The notes: a model not told the origin generated them from the sequence alone. A DNA stretch of 64,000 bases from Myxococcota bacterium (GCA_036788295.1 DAIQNR010000005.1:7402-71401), one strand, 5' to 3'; numbered from the stretch's first letter, positions 26,613 to 38,418 are shown. Program-made: numbers and translations.

Positions 26613-28223
26613 TCAGCGTCCGAAATATCGGTCGATGTCGCGAGCCATCGAGGGGACCTTGTTTTGGCACACCTTGAACGCGGCGGTGGCCGCTGCGGCT
26701 TCGCGAGATCCCCGGCTGCCCTTCTCGGATCCGGTCACGGTGCGCAGCGTCGCTCCGGTCCTGCCGTTGATGAGCCGGAGGGTCAGCGTCGCCTCGATGA
26801 CGTCGCTGCCTGCGACCCGGCCTCGAGATTCGGCCCGGACCGTCCCCTCGATGCGCACGTCGGCGGCCGCCGAGAGGCGGGGCGGAGTGGCGCTCGTCTC
26901 GTCCACCACCACCTGCTCGAGGGTATGGCCGGCGTCGAGCAGCGCCGTCTCGAGGCAAGCCCGGACCCGCTCCGCCCCCGGCCCCGCGAGCGACACGCCG
27001 AACCGCAGCCGCGCCGACGTCGCCTGCAGCAGGTCGAGCAGCTCGGGGATCGACGTCGGCGCCGGCACGCCACGGCCATCGAGCACCCGCAGGTCGGCGT
27101 CCAGAGCCTGCCGCTCGCCGAGCTGGCCCAGAGCTCGGCGGAGCACGGGCAGCCGCTCGATGTCGCTCGGCGCCCGCTGCGCCGCCCCGATCTGGCTCTG
27201 GATCGATCGGTCGAGGCCTTGAATTCGATCCCGGAGCGTGGCGGCGGCGCGGGCCCGGTCGATCACCGCGAGCGACCAGGTCCGGCCGTCGGGCGCCTGC
27301 CATCGGGCCTCGATCTCGGACATGGGCACCACCTTCTCGGACCTCACCATCGAGTGCTCAGAGACCCGCTCGACCTCCTCCCACGCCGAGCCGGTGCGCG
27401 AATTGACCTCCTTCGCCGCGCTCTGGAAGCTCTCGGCGACGGTTCGGATGTTGGCTTCGAAGATGAGCGCCAGCGCGCCCCGCGCGCTCGCGTCGGCGGC
27501 GGCGGGGGTCGCCCCTTCAGCGCTCGCGCACAGGTAGCGGGCCCGGTCGCACGCGCCATCCACCCACGGCGGCCGTGGGCCACCGGCGGCAGGAGCGCCA
27601 GGGCTTTGCGAGCCGCCGAGCGGGGCCGCGGAGAGCGGAGCCACCCCCGCGGGCGCAGGCGCCGCGCGGGCAGGGGGACCGGCCAGGTCGGCCTCGAGTC
27701 CCTTCAGCACCCTCTCACCGTTCTTCTCGACCCACTCCGACAGCCCCGCGCCCATCTGGGAGCCGGCGACCGCGATCCGCTGCGACCGCTCGAAATCGAG
27801 CTCCACGAGCGCGAACCAAGCGCCCGACCGGGGATCGAGCCACATGTCCTTTCCTTCGGCCCCCTTCACGAGCTGGGCCGAGAACGTCTTGATCGCCTGC
27901 TCCACGTTCTGTGCTTCATCGCTGGCGCTCATGTCGCCCGCGGTCGTGGACGCCTGGAAGTCCTTCATGAGCGAGGCGGAGTAGACCTCCAGGATGCGGG
28001 ATATCTCGGCCCGAGCCCGGTTTCGCGCCGTGTCCTGAGCGAGCGGCGGGTTCTGGATGCCGGTGACCGAGCCGACCCCGACGATCCCGTTGCCTACGAT
28101 TCGGGAACCCCGGGCGACCCAGGCCGGCGCCCCCTCCGGGACTTTGCGAGCCGATGAGCTCGAGCCGCCGCAGGCGGCGAGAAGGAGGGCGAGCGTGGTC
28201 GATGTTCGGGCGATTGCGAGCAT
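26613..28223 (-). CDS. LPP20-domain lipoprotein, long paralog
   Basis: Lipobox LLLAACGG. LPP20-like block ARNRARAEISRILEVYSASLMKDFQASTTAGDMSASDEAQNVEQAIKTFS shared almost verbatim with the gene at 31580-32161. Confidence 0.65.
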   Translation of the reverse strand: MLAIARTSTTLALLLAACGGSSSSARKVPEGAPAWVARGSRIVGNGIVGVGSVTGIQNPPLAQDTARNRARAEISRILEVYSASLMKDFQASTTAGDMSASDEAQNVEQAIKTFSAQLVKGAEGKDMWLDPRSGAWFALVELDFERSQRIAVAGSQMGAGLSEWVEKNGERVLKGLEADLAGPPARAAPAPAGVAPLSAAPLGGSQSPGAPAAGGPRPPWVDGACDRARYLCASAEGATPAAADASARGALALIFEANIRTVAESFQSAAKEVNSRTGSAWEEVERVSEHSMVRSEKVVPMSEIEARWQAPDGRTWSLAVIDRARAAATLRDRIQGLDRSIQSQIGAAQRAPSDIERLPVLRRALGQLGERQALDADLRVLDGRGVPAPTSIPELLDLLQATSARLRFGVSLAGPGAERVRACLETALLDAGHTLEQVVVDETSATPPRLSAAADVRIEGTVRAESRGRVAGSDVIEATLTLRLINGRTGATLRTVTGSEKGSRGSREAAAATAAFKVCQNKVPSMARDIDRYFGR

Positions 28224-28291
28224 GAGGACCTCTTGATTCTAGCAGCCGAGCCCCGTTCGTCGCCGTCGGTCGTGGCCGTGCTCGCGCGCAC

Positions 28292-29653
28292 TCATCGCAC
28301 GCTGCGCACGCTGAGCAGCTGCCGCTCGCCGGCCGCGAGCTGCACCTGTCCCCGAAACGCCACGCCGCTCGGTCGGCCGGCCGCGTCGAGCACGTCCACT
28401 CGCACGTCGTGGGTCCCCGGGGGGAGCCACATTCGGGCCACCCGGAACTGGGCCGGGAGCAGCGTCCACGACCGAAGATCGGCGCCCTCGGACGCCGCGG
28501 AGGCGATGTTCCCGGCGATCCCGACCAACATCCCCATGAGGTTTCGCCCGCTGTCGGACCGGTTGCCCCGCACCGCCTCCGACGTGGCTTTGGTGGCCAC
28601 GTACTTGGTCGCCGCCCGCGCCACCGCTCGTGCCTGGATGCCGCCGATGCGCTCTTGGAACCGGGTCATCGCGATGGCCTCGACCGGCTGGGCCAGCGAC
28701 GAGCGCGCCTCGGTCATGGCCACCACGAGCCGGGAGGACGCGATCCGGGACGGCCGCCGGTCGAGCGCCGGCACGGCGACCCGCACGATGTAGCCGTCGG
28801 GCATCGGGGCGGTGAAGGTAGCCTCCCGCTTCACTGGGGCCTCGCCGGTGGCGTGGATGAGGATCAGCTCGGCGTCGCCGGCGGCCACCCGATCCGCGGT
28901 GCTCCCGGCGGCCCCGGTCGCCCTCGTCCATCGGGCGACCGCGTCGTCCCGGCCAGCGAGGCGCGCGGTGCGCACGATGTCCTCGAGCAGGTACCCAGGG
29001 GGAGCGGCCCCGAAGGTGGTTCGGTAGAGCTCGTCGTACGTCCGGTACGCCGCCTCGTAGGCGAGGAGCGCGTCGCCGTAGCTTCGCTCCACCTCGAGCA
29101 GCAGGCCGACCCACCACAGCAAGAAGGCGTCCTGCGTGTAGGAGGTGTCGGCTTCCGCCTTCTCCGCCGCCACCTGCATCTTCTTCAGGAACCCGTCGGC
29201 CCGCCTCGCCTCCACCAGCGCGTCGGCCATCCGGCCTCGCTTGGCGGCATTCAGCGTCGTGTACACGTAGGACATCGACCGCTCGTAGTCCTCCCCAGGG
29301 TAGGTCTGAATGGTCTCGGTGGCGACGAAGCGGCCGATCTCTTCCGAGATCGACTTCGTGAACAGCTCCTGCATCGCCTCCTCGGCCGAAAAGAAGGCGG
29401 AGGAGGACTTCTCGAGGTCCCCGGCGTAGTGAAGCGCCGTGCCGTGATCGAGCCAGAACATGACCCGATCCTCCTCGCTGTACAGCGAGCCCTTGTTGGC
29501 CTCGATGCGAGCCGCGACCGTCTTCCAGTCGCCCGCCGTGATCGCCGGCCGCAGCGCCTGTTGGTACTCGGATTGAAAACCGCGATGGTTTCGGCAGCCC
29601 ACCGACAGGGTGACCGCGACGAGCAGGATCCACCGCCCCACCGGCGTCACCAT
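28292..29653 (-). CDS. uncharacterised lipoprotein (lipobox LSVGC; helical/TPR-like N-terminal half), co-operonic with the LpoB-like gene
   Basis: Start at MVTPVGRWILLVAVTLSVGC (ATG 29653) overlaps the upstream gene's stop by 7 nt. Confidence 0.55.
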   Translation of the reverse strand: MVTPVGRWILLVAVTLSVGCRNHRGFQSEYQQALRPAITAGDWKTVAARIEANKGSLYSEEDRVMFWLDHGTALHYAGDLEKSSSAFFSAEEAMQELFTKSISEEIGRFVATETIQTYPGEDYERSMSYVYTTLNAAKRGRMADALVEARRADGFLKKMQVAAEKAEADTSYTQDAFLLWWVGLLLEVERSYGDALLAYEAAYRTYDELYRTTFGAAPPGYLLEDIVRTARLAGRDDAVARWTRATGAAGSTADRVAAGDAELILIHATGEAPVKREATFTAPMPDGYIVRVAVPALDRRPSRIASSRLVVAMTEARSSLAQPVEAIAMTRFQERIGGIQARAVARAATKYVATKATSEAVRGNRSDSGRNLMGMLVGIAGNIASAASEGADLRSWTLLPAQFRVARMWLPPGTHDVRVDVLDAAGRPSGVAFRGQVQLAAGERQLLSVRSVR

Positions 29654-30270
29654 CGCGCTGACGCGCGCTCGACCACCTTGCGGATCCGCTCCTCGCCCAT
29701 CCATACCTTCTCGTTCGATTCGACGTGCACGAGCTCCATGTTCACGAGATAGGCCCGAACCGCCTTGCCCCGACCGTCGGTCTCGTTTTGCGAGTTGATG
29801 ACGGTCTGCAGGGTGTAGTCGGACCCGAGCTCCATCTGCTGGCTCTTCACCGTGGCGTCGCTCGCGTGGGTGGATTGCCGGCTCCGCTCCGACACGTTGA
29901 TCCCCTCCTGGCCGGAGGCGGCGACCACCCGGACCCGGCCGGAGTTGAGGAGGAAGCGCTCGAGCTGCTTGCCGAAGAACTGCTCGTTCACGTTCCGGTC
30001 GTCGGTGCGCTTGATCACGCCCATCAGCTTCACCACCGGGCGGTCCGCCGGGCCCCGGACGCGATAGTGCTCCGCCAGCCAGCCTCCGTCCACGATCTGC
30101 TTGGTCATCGCCTGCGCGACCTGCTCGGCGTCGATGTCGTTCCAGTACCCGGACAGGTCCCCGCCGACCGTGCTCGACGGGGACGTCCGCTGCACCCGGG
30201 TAGAGGACGACCCGCACCCGCCCAGGAAGGCTGCCAGGAGGGACGCGCCCCACATCCACTTCGCGTTCAT
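29647..30270 (-). CDS. LpoB-like lipoprotein (penicillin-binding-protein activator LpoB/COG3417 family)
   Basis: Lipobox LLAAFLGGCG. YWNDIDAEQVAQAM… and VVKLMGVIKRTDDRNVNEQFFGKQLERFLLNSGRVRVVAASGQ parallel E. coli LpoB (YDWNGAMQPMV…; LLVDSVNNRTNGSLNAGEATETLRNALANNGKFTLVSAQQ). Confidence 0.55.
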   Translation of the reverse strand: MNAKWMWGASLLAAFLGGCGSSSTRVQRTSPSSTVGGDLSGYWNDIDAEQVAQAMTKQIVDGGWLAEHYRVRGPADRPVVKLMGVIKRTDDRNVNEQFFGKQLERFLLNSGRVRVVAASGQEGINVSERSRQSTHASDATVKSQQMELGSDYTLQTVINSQNETDGRGKAVRAYLVNMELVHVESNEKVWMGEERIRKVVERASARW

Positions 30271-30280
30271 GAGCGCCCGT

Positions 30281-31468
30281 TTACCAGATTCCGCCGCCGC
30301 GAGGGCGACTCCCCCGCCGCCGATCCTCGATGCGCTGCTTCATGTCGTCCATCATCGACTCGAGGGCCCGAATCTCTTTGACCCGGTCCTCGACGAACCC
30401 GTCCATCTCGTAGGGGCGGGACGGCGTGAGCTGCTTCGGCTCCACCTTGGGCGGCGCGTCTACGGCCGTCACCTCGCGGCTGACCGTGTAGGTTCGACCC
30501 GCGGCCGCCGAGAACTGGGCGTCGTCCGCCACGTCCTCTCCGCGCTTCGGCTCCACCACCGTGATCTTGGGCTCCTCGCTCGCGAGCCGCGGGCGCGGCG
30601 GATCGGTTGCCACCCGGTCGGCCATCGCGAGCGCGGCCCGATCCTTTGGGTCCTCCGGTCGGGCGTAGGCAAGATGCAGGACGTCCCGCTGCTTCATCCA
30701 TTCCACCGCCACCGAGCTCTTGAGGCTGAAGTTGATCGCGGTGATGGCCAGGCCGTCGGCCGCTTTTCTCGAGATGCTGGTGTTGATGCCGACCATCTGC
30801 CCGTACGCGTTCAGGAGCGGGCCCCCCGAGTTGCCGCGGTTGACCGAGGCGTCGGTCTGAAAGACGTGTTTGCCCCTCTTTCCCTGAAAGTTGGCCACCA
30901 CCGCGCTGATGGTTCCGGTGGTCAGCGTCCATAGACCCCCGGTCTCCGGGTGCCCGATCGCGACCACGGGCTCGCCGATGTCCACGAGCGCAGGGTCCAC
31001 GAAGTCGAGAACGGTGAGGTCGGCGGGAGGCTCCACGATCCGGAGCAGGGCGAGATCGAGCTCGTGGTCGATGTCCACGAGCGTCGCCCGGTACCGCTGC
31101 TTCAGGTCCTCTTGCATCGAGCCCTGCAGCCGATCCGGCTTCAGGTACACGAAGAGCCGCTGAAACGGCTCCCCGTCCTTCGACACCACGTGGGCGTTCG
31201 TGATCACCTGACCGTCCGCGCTCACGACCGAGCCGGTCCCGGCGCTGCCCCGGGCGCTCCCATCGGTGCCGAACACCAGGACGACCGCCTTCGAGTACTG
31301 CTGGTAGATCTCGCGAGGGCTGAGCGGCTTGGCTTCCGCCGGGCCGGCGAGCTGCGTCGCGGCGAGCGCGAGCAGCGCAACCGAAAACCGGCGCCGCCCG
31401 CGGGCCGCGACCGAGACCTGCCCGGTCGCTGACCGAGCGCTCTGCATGGAGGTGGCTGGCGAACTCAT
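30281..31468 (-). CDS. secreted trypsin-like serine protease (S1C/DegP-like, no obvious PDZ)
   Basis: His block TNAHVV, catalytic Ser block GNSGGPLL, and a signal peptide. Confidence 0.8.
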   Translation of the reverse strand: MSSPATSMQSARSATGQVSVAARGRRRFSVALLALAATQLAGPAEAKPLSPREIYQQYSKAVVLVFGTDGSARGSAGTGSVVSADGQVITNAHVVSKDGEPFQRLFVYLKPDRLQGSMQEDLKQRYRATLVDIDHELDLALLRIVEPPADLTVLDFVDPALVDIGEPVVAIGHPETGGLWTLTTGTISAVVANFQGKRGKHVFQTDASVNRGNSGGPLLNAYGQMVGINTSISRKAADGLAITAINFSLKSSVAVEWMKQRDVLHLAYARPEDPKDRAALAMADRVATDPPRPRLASEEPKITVVEPKRGEDVADDAQFSAAAGRTYTVSREVTAVDAPPKVEPKQLTPSRPYEMDGFVEDRVKEIRALESMMDDMKQRIEDRRRGSRPRGGGIW

Positions 31469-31579
31469 CGCGTTCTCCTAGGGCCCGATGGGCAGGAACG
31501 AGGGGGCGAGGTCGATGACCTCCGGCCCCCTACGAGAGCCGGGCGAGGCCGGCGCGGGGCTCGATGGGGCAGACGCCGC

Positions 31580-32161
31580 TCAGCGAGCGGCGGCCTTGGC
31601 CTCCTCGGCCTCGAGGTCGGCGAAGGACTTGGCGGCGGCCCGCTGCACCCGCTCCTTGACCTGCTGGCTGAGCTGCTTGTGGTTGCTGATCATGTCCCCG
31701 AAGCTCTCCATGTCGAGCCGGGCGAGGGCGAAGATCGTCCCGTCCGTCGGGTTGATCCAGTGGTCGACGATCTGGACCCCGCTCAGGTTGTTGGCCGAGA
31801 AGGTCTTGATCGCCTGCTCGACCATCTGCATCTCGTCCGAGGCGCTCATGTCGCCCGCGGTCGTGGAAGACGCAAAGTCCTTCATGAGGGACGCCGAGTA
31901 GGTGTCGAACACCTTCGACACCTCCGCTCGGGCCCGGTTGCCGGCGGTGGTCCGGGCGAGCGCTGCGTTCTTGATCCCGGAGGCGGAACCGACCCCGAAG
32001 ATCGAGCGTACGTCGCCGCCGAACGCGCCGGAGCCCTTGTTGACCCAATCCGGGTACTCGACCACCTTGCCGCCAGCGCTGAGCTGGCCCTTGCTGGTCT
32101 CCTGGCCGCCGCAAGCGGCGAGAGGCAGCGCGAGCGCCATCGAAATTGCAAATCGCTTCAT
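31580..32161 (-). CDS. LPP20-domain lipoprotein, short paralog. Start at MKRFAISMALALPLAACGG; the ORF in the track extends spuriously upstream.
   Basis: Lipobox, and the near-identical LPP20 block NRARAEVSKVFDTYSASLMKDFASSTTAGDMSASDEMQMVEQAIKTFS. Confidence 0.65.
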   Translation of the reverse strand: MKRFAISMALALPLAACGGQETSKGQLSAGGKVVEYPDWVNKGSGAFGGDVRSIFGVGSASGIKNAALARTTAGNRARAEVSKVFDTYSASLMKDFASSTTAGDMSASDEMQMVEQAIKTFSANNLSGVQIVDHWINPTDGTIFALARLDMESFGDMISNHKQLSQQVKERVQRAAAKSFADLEAEEAKAAAR

Positions 32162-32734
32162 CACGGTTTCTCCCATCGTCTCCATCACGGGTGGCGTCTC
32201 CCGCCACGCAGTCGCTGTATCGCACGGATGAACGGCCGGGGGGCCCAGTTCTTCAAGTGTGGCCGCTGTCACCCCGAACTCGCTCGCGTCGACCCCCACC
32301 CGCTCATCGCCGCCCGGAGGCCGCGGGACCACGAGCGAGGTCGTCGTCACGCCCCGAGTATGGCTTTCTTCGGCCCGCGCTGTCGATGGGAGCGGCGTCC
32401 AGCGAAGCGAACGGCCACGGGTGCCGCCTCGAACCCCGAACCAAGGAAGGCCTCGCGGCGGGCAGCACCGCACATGAGGCCCATCCGCCAAAAAACGGAA
32501 GAGGAGGGGCAAGGACAGGAGTCGTTCCGGGAGCGACCGACCGCGAACCGACGCCTCGCCGGTCGCTCCGAGCGCCACGCAAAGGGGAAGTGGCGCCCCT
32601 CCGTTGGGCCGGGGAGCCGCGACCCTCGCTCGGGCCGAAAGGGGGAACCTGCGGGGATCGAGACGGCCCCCCGCGAGGCCGCCGCCGAGCGATCGAGGAA
32701 GCCGGCTCGGACGACGAGGACCAACGGGAAGGAG

Positions 32735-33181
32735 TCAGGCCTCGGCGGTCTCTTCTTCGGCCTCGACGACGCCGCCTTCCATCTCAGCGAAGTCTACGAA
32801 CTCGATGAACGCCATCGGCGCGTTGTCGCCGTGCCGCGGTCCGAGCTTGATCACCCGGGTGTAGCCACCGGCCCGGTCCTTGAACCGCGCCGCGAGCTCG
32901 CCGAACAGCTTCGCCACCACGGCTTGCGTCACCTCGCCCTTGCCGCCGCCGGGCGCCTTGCCGCCCCCGCCCAGGTCGCCGTAGGCGCGCCGCTTGGCCG
33001 CGAGCGAGCCTTCCTTCCCGAGCGTGATCAGCTTCTCGACCACCCGCCGTAGGTCCTTCGCCTTTGGCTCCGTGGTGCGGATGCGCCCGTGCTCCACGAG
33101 CGACATCGCCATGTTGGCGAACATCGCCCGGCGGTGGGCCGACGTGCGGCCGAACTTCCGAAATGCCTTCCTGTGACGCAT
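32735..33181 (-). CDS. rplQ: 50S ribosomal protein L17
   Basis: [31 protein letters not shown]… with an acidic C-terminal tail. Confidence 0.93.
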   Translation of the reverse strand: MRHRKAFRKFGRTSAHRRAMFANMAMSLVEHGRIRTTEPKAKDLRRVVEKLITLGKEGSLAAKRRAYGDLGGGGKAPGGGKGEVTQAVVAKLFGELAARFKDRAGGYTRVIKLGPRHGDNAPMAFIEFVDFAEMEGGVVEAEEETAEA

Positions 33182-33185
33182 GGCT

Positions 33186-34190
<1,005 letters not shown>

Positions 34191-34284
34191 TCGTTCCCTT
34201 TCACGCCACCACTCGCGGACCGAGACCGCGAAACCACGGCGTGATGCTGCTGTCGTCTTCTCGGTTCGGACGTCGGAAGGCCGG

Positions 34285-34674
34285 TCAGACCCGGCGCCGC
34301 TTCGGGGGCCGGCAGCCGTTGTGCGGGAGCGGGGTCACGTCCTTGACGAGCGTGACCTTGATCCCGCTCGAGGCAAGCGAGCGCAGGGCCGCTTCCCGCC
34401 CCGAGCCCGGGCCCTTCACCAGCACGACCGCCGACTTCAGGCCGTTCTCCTGGGCCTTGCGGGCAGCCTCATCGGCGGCGACCTGCGCCGCGAAGGGGGT
34501 GCTCTTTCGAGAACCCCGGAACCCCTTGGACCCGGCCGAGGCCCACGAGATCGTGTTGCCGGCCATGTCGGTGATCGTCACCAGCGTGTTGTTGAAGGAC
34601 GCCTGGATGTGGATCACCCCGTGAGGGATGTTCTTTTTGACCTTCTTCTTCTGGTTGGCCTTTGGATTCGCCAT
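34285..34674 (-). CDS. rpsK: 30S ribosomal protein S11
   Basis: …[18 protein letters not shown]…[11 protein letters not shown]…. Confidence 0.95.
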   Translation of the reverse strand: MANPKANQKKKVKKNIPHGVIHIQASFNNTLVTITDMAGNTISWASAGSKGFRGSRKSTPFAAQVAADEAARKAQENGLKSAVVLVKGPGSGREAALRSLASSGIKVTLVKDVTPLPHNGCRPPKRRRV

Positions 34675-34679
34675 GGCGC

Positions 34680-35045
34680 CTACTTCTTCTTCACGCTTCC
34701 GCGCCGCGGGCCCTTTCGGGTCCTCGCGTTCGTGTGGGTTCGCTGGCCGCGGACGGGAAGCCCTCGACGGTGGCGGATGCCCCGGTAGCAGCCGAGGTCC
34801 ATCAGTCGCTTGATGTTCATCGAGATCTCGCGACGAAGGTCACCCTCGACCTTGTACTCCTTCTCGAGGAGCTCGCGGATCTTGGCCATCTGCGACTCGG
34901 TCACCTCGTCGCTCTTCATTTCCGGGCGGACCCCGGTCTTGGCGCAGATCTCCTGCGCCTTGGCCGGTCCAATCCCATAGATGTACGTCAAAGCTATCTC
35001 CATCCGCTTGTTGCGGGGGAGGTCGACTCCTGCAATCCGGGCCAC
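34680..35045 (-). CDS. rpsM: 30S ribosomal protein S13 (GTG start)
   Basis: [26 protein letters not shown]…. Confidence 0.95.
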   Translation of the reverse strand: MARIAGVDLPRNKRMEIALTYIYGIGPAKAQEICAKTGVRPEMKSDEVTESQMAKIRELLEKEYKVEGDLRREISMNIKRLMDLGCYRGIRHRRGLPVRGQRTHTNARTRKGPRRGSVKKK

Positions 35046-35076
35046 GCTTAACCTCTATCTCCGGGCACCACCGGGG

Positions 35077-35193
35077 TCATCCCTGCCGCTGCTTGTGGCT
35101 GGGGTTCTCTGCGCAGATCACGCGGACGACCCCTCGCCTGCGAACGACCTTGCACTTCGGACACATTTTCTTCACCGATGCTCGTACTTTCAT
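35077..35193 (-). CDS. rpmJ: 50S ribosomal protein L36 (38 aa; below the ORF-track size cutoff)
   Basis: My own translation: [38 protein letters not shown]. Confidence 0.9.
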   Translation of the reverse strand: MKVRASVKKMCPKCKVVRRRGVVRVICAENPSHKQRQG

Positions 35194-35295
35194 GACACGT
35201 CTCCGAGCCAGCTTGGGCTCGCGCTTCGCCTCTCGGTGTCGTCCCCCGGAGAGGTGGGGGCGCTACCACGAGAGCGGGCGCAGGGGAAGGGTGAA

Positions 35296-36621
35296 TCACT
35301 CGTTTCGATCCCTTCGGGACCGGATGCTGCCCTCGGGCTCGGCCAGCGTGTCGTAGCTCCTCGTAATGAGGTGCGACTCGATCTGGTTCACGGTGTCGAG
35401 CGCCACGCCGACCACGATGAGCAGCGCCGTGCCCCCGAAGTAGAACGGCAGGTTCTCGAGCACCGCGAGCAGCGCGTTCGGCACCACGCAGACCGCGGCG
35501 AGGTAGATGGCGGCTCCCACCGTCAGACGGGTCACGACCCGATCGATGTACTCTGCCGTCTTCTGCCCCGGCCTCACCCCCGGGACGTACCCACCGGCCT
35601 TCTTCAGGTTGTCCGCCACATCGACCGGATTGAAGATGACCGAGGTGTAGAAGAACGTGAAGAACATGATCAGGCCGACGTAGACGACGTTGTAGGCCCA
35701 CTCGGTCGGCAGCAGCATTCGCTGCACCGACTGCATCGCCGCCGACTCGGGGAAGAACTGAACGACCGTCGCCGGGAACAGCAGCAGCGACGACGCGAAG
35801 ATCGGAGGGATGACGTTGGCGGTGTTGACCTTGAGGGGGAGGTGGCTGGCCTGGCCCCCATACATCTTCCGGCCGACCACGCGCTTCGCGTACTGGACCG
35901 GGATCCGCCGCTGCCCCCGCTCGACGAAGACCACGACCGCGACCATGAGCACCGCGAACGCGACCAGGAACAGGAGGGTCAGAGGCTTGATCGCTTCGCC
36001 CGAGGCCATCTGGAACGTCTGGAAGATGCCCTGCGGGAGCCCAGCGATGATCCCGGCGAAGATGATGAGCGACATCCCGTTGCCGATGCCCCGCTCCGTG
36101 ATCTGCTCACCGAGCCACATGATGAACGCCGTGCCGGCGGTCAGCGAGAGGATCGTGATGAGCGTGAACGTGATGCCCGGGTTGATGACGACGCTCTGGC
36201 CCTCGTAGACCACGGACTCGAGGTTCGAGGCGATGAACGTGCCTTGGATGACCGACAGCAGGATCGTCCCGTAGCGGGTGTACTGCGTGATCTTCTTCCT
36301 GCCTTGCTCGCCTTCCTTCGAGAGGCGCTCGAGCGTCGGCACCACCACGGTCAACAGCTGCAGGATGATGCTCGAGGAGATGTACGGCATGATCCCCAAG
36401 GAGAAGACCGAGGCCTGCTCGAGCGCCCCGCCGACGAACATGTTGAACATGCCGAACAGCGTCTCCTGCTGCGCTCCCAGGTACTGCTGCATGAGCCCCC
36501 GGTCCACGCCCGGGACCGAGATGAAGATGCCGAGCCGGTACACGGCCAGCATCCCGACCGTGAACAGGAGCCGGTTACGGAGTTCGGGAATCTTGCCGAT
36601 GTTCGCGAACGAAGCGCCCAT
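35296..36621 (-). CDS. secY: preprotein translocase SecY
   Basis: 441 aa, 10 TM segments; …[15 protein letters not shown]…. Confidence 0.95.
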   Translation of the reverse strand: MGASFANIGKIPELRNRLLFTVGMLAVYRLGIFISVPGVDRGLMQQYLGAQQETLFGMFNMFVGGALEQASVFSLGIMPYISSSIILQLLTVVVPTLERLSKEGEQGRKKITQYTRYGTILLSVIQGTFIASNLESVVYEGQSVVINPGITFTLITILSLTAGTAFIMWLGEQITERGIGNGMSLIIFAGIIAGLPQGIFQTFQMASGEAIKPLTLLFLVAFAVLMVAVVVFVERGQRRIPVQYAKRVVGRKMYGGQASHLPLKVNTANVIPPIFASSLLLFPATVVQFFPESAAMQSVQRMLLPTEWAYNVVYVGLIMFFTFFYTSVIFNPVDVADNLKKAGGYVPGVRPGQKTAEYIDRVVTRLTVGAAIYLAAVCVVPNALLAVLENLPFYFGGTALLIVVGVALDTVNQIESHLITRSYDTLAEPEGSIRSRRDRNE

Positions 36622-36642
36622 GCCTATCCATCCTCTCCGAGG

Positions 36643-37161
36643 TCAGTCTGCCGCTTTGATTCGAGCGGCGCGCCGCGCCTCGCGGGAGTCCGTCCGGACC
36701 CACTTCTTCTTGTCGGGGATGAGCTGAACCGAGCCGCCCGCCGCCTCCACCGCCGCCCGCGCGCCGGCGCTGATGCGATGGACCTCGAGGGTCAGGCGCC
36801 TGTCCACCGCCCCGCTGCCGATGACCTTGACGCCATCCGCGTTGCCCTTGGCGAGCCCCAGCTCGCGCAGCGCGTCCCAAGTCACCGTCGACCCGTCCTC
36901 GAACCGCTCGAGGTGGGTCAAGCGCACCTCGGCGAAGGTCTTCCCGAAGATGTTCTTGAAGCCCCGCTTCGGCAGCCGGCGCTGAAGGGGCATGCTGCCG
37001 CCCTCGAAACCAGGACGAACGTTCCCCGACTTTCGAGCCTTCTGGCCCTTCTGACCGCGGCCCGCCGTCTTTCCGTTTCCAGAGCCCATGCCCCGGCCCT
37101 TGCGCTTGCCCTCTTTGACCGCCCCGTCTGGAGGCTTCAACCTGCTCAACTCGTCCGCCAT
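36643..37161 (-). CDS. rplO: 50S ribosomal protein L15
   Basis: …GKRKGRGMGSGNGKTAGRGQKGQKAR…. Confidence 0.93.
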   Translation of the reverse strand: MADELSRLKPPDGAVKEGKRKGRGMGSGNGKTAGRGQKGQKARKSGNVRPGFEGGSMPLQRRLPKRGFKNIFGKTFAEVRLTHLERFEDGSTVTWDALRELGLAKGNADGVKVIGSGAVDRRLTLEVHRISAGARAAVEAAGGSVQLIPDKKKWVRTDSREARRAARIKAAD

Positions 37162-37171
37162 GGTGCTCTCC

Positions 37172-37432
37172 TCAGGCCTCGGCCTTCGCGTCTTGGGCCT
37201 GTTGGCGCTGCTTCCTGAGTCTCGCCGACTCTCGCAGCGCGTCGTCGCCCTCGAAGCGCTCCACGTGCAGCATGTGCTGCACCTTCATGATCATGCCGCG
37301 GATCGGGACCGTGTCCATCAGGACCTTCTCCTGCTCCCGCTTGCGAAGCCCGAGCCCCTGGAGCGTCGCTTTCTGACGGTCCGTGCACTTGCTGAGGCTT
37401 CGCACCAATTTCACCCTGATGAGACTCGCCAT
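37172..37432 (-). CDS. rpmD: 50S ribosomal protein L30 with a basic/Gln-rich C-terminal extension
   Basis: [31 protein letters not shown]…. Confidence 0.85.
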   Translation of the reverse strand: MASLIRVKLVRSLSKCTDRQKATLQGLGLRKREQEKVLMDTVPIRGMIMKVQHMLHVERFEGDDALRESARLRKQRQQAQDAKAEA

Positions 37433-37442
37433 CCGCTCCTCC

Positions 37443-37991
37443 TCAGTTGCTCAGGCCGGTCGGGGCCTGGACGCGCGTCGCCGCCGGCTGGACGTGCTCC
37501 GACGGCACCGCCCGCCGCTCCGACTGGACTTTGGTCGTGACCAGGGCGCGAAGCCCAGCCACGGTGGCGTTCACCACGTTGTGCTTGTTGGACGTCCCGA
37601 GCGACTTCGTGAGCACGTCGCGAACCCCCGCCGACTCGAGCACCGCTCGGACCGGACCGCCCGCGATCACGCCCGTACCCGGGCGGGCCGGACGCATCAC
37701 GACCTTGCCCGCGCCGCAGTGACCGACGATCTCGTGGGGGATGGTGCGCCCGAGCAGCGGGACCCGGAACAAGCTCTTCTCTGCCTGCTCCTTGCCCTTT
37801 CGGATCGCCTCCGGGACCTCGTTGGCCTTGCCGAGTCCCACCCCGACAAAGCCCTGCCCGTCACCCACGACGACCAACGCGGAGAACGAGAACCGGCGTC
37901 CGCCCTTCACGACCTTCGCCACTCGGTTGATGTGAATGACCCGATCGACGAGGTCGTGTTCCTTGGGGTTGATGATTTCACGTCGAGACAT
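37443..37991 (-). CDS. rpsE: 30S ribosomal protein S5
   Basis: …[30 protein letters not shown]…. Confidence 0.95.
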   Translation of the reverse strand: MSRREIINPKEHDLVDRVIHINRVAKVVKGGRRFSFSALVVVGDGQGFVGVGLGKANEVPEAIRKGKEQAEKSLFRVPLLGRTIPHEIVGHCGAGKVVMRPARPGTGVIAGGPVRAVLESAGVRDVLTKSLGTSNKHNVVNATVAGLRALVTTKVQSERRAVPSEHVQPAATRVQAPTGLSN

Positions 37992-38024
37992 GCGTTTCCC
38001 TCGTCTGCAGGCCCGGTAGGCGCC

Positions 38025-38399
38025 TCAGAACTTCAGCCCGCCCTCGCGAGCACCTTTGGCGAGCGCCGCCACCCGACCGTGAAAAGGCCAACCCTTGCGG
38101 TCGAAAACCACCGCTTCGATCCCCTTCGCCTTCGCGGCGGCGGCGAGGACCTGGCCCACCTTCTCGGCGGCCTCGGTCTTCTTGAGGCCCGCGATCGCCT
38201 CGCGGACCTCCTTGGTGACGGTCGAAGCCGCAGCGATCGTCACCCCAGCGGCGTCGTCGATCACCTGAGCATAGATGTGCTTCGCGCTGCGAAACACCGC
38301 GAGCCGAGGCCGGGAGCTGTGGGCGGCGATGCGCTTGCGGACCCCCTTGGCCCTCCGGAGTCGGCGCTGAAGGTTTGGATCCCTGATCTTTCGCTCCAT
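38025..38399 (-). CDS. rplR: 50S ribosomal protein L18 (start ATG 38399 at MERKIRDPN…)
   Basis: …RPRLAVFRSAKHIYAQVIDD…. Confidence 0.9.
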   Translation of the reverse strand: MERKIRDPNLQRRLRRAKGVRKRIAAHSSRPRLAVFRSAKHIYAQVIDDAAGVTIAAASTVTKEVREAIAGLKKTEAAEKVGQVLAAAAKAKGIEAVVFDRKGWPFHGRVAALAKGAREGGLKF

Positions 38400-38418
38400 C
38401 TCGATCACCCTCACCGGC

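Noticed and set aside
32162-32734. Possible tRNA or tmRNA in the long gap after rplQ
   Set aside because: No T-loop-like GGTTCGAAT or reverse-complement motif and no acceptor-stem pairing found by eye; left unannotated.
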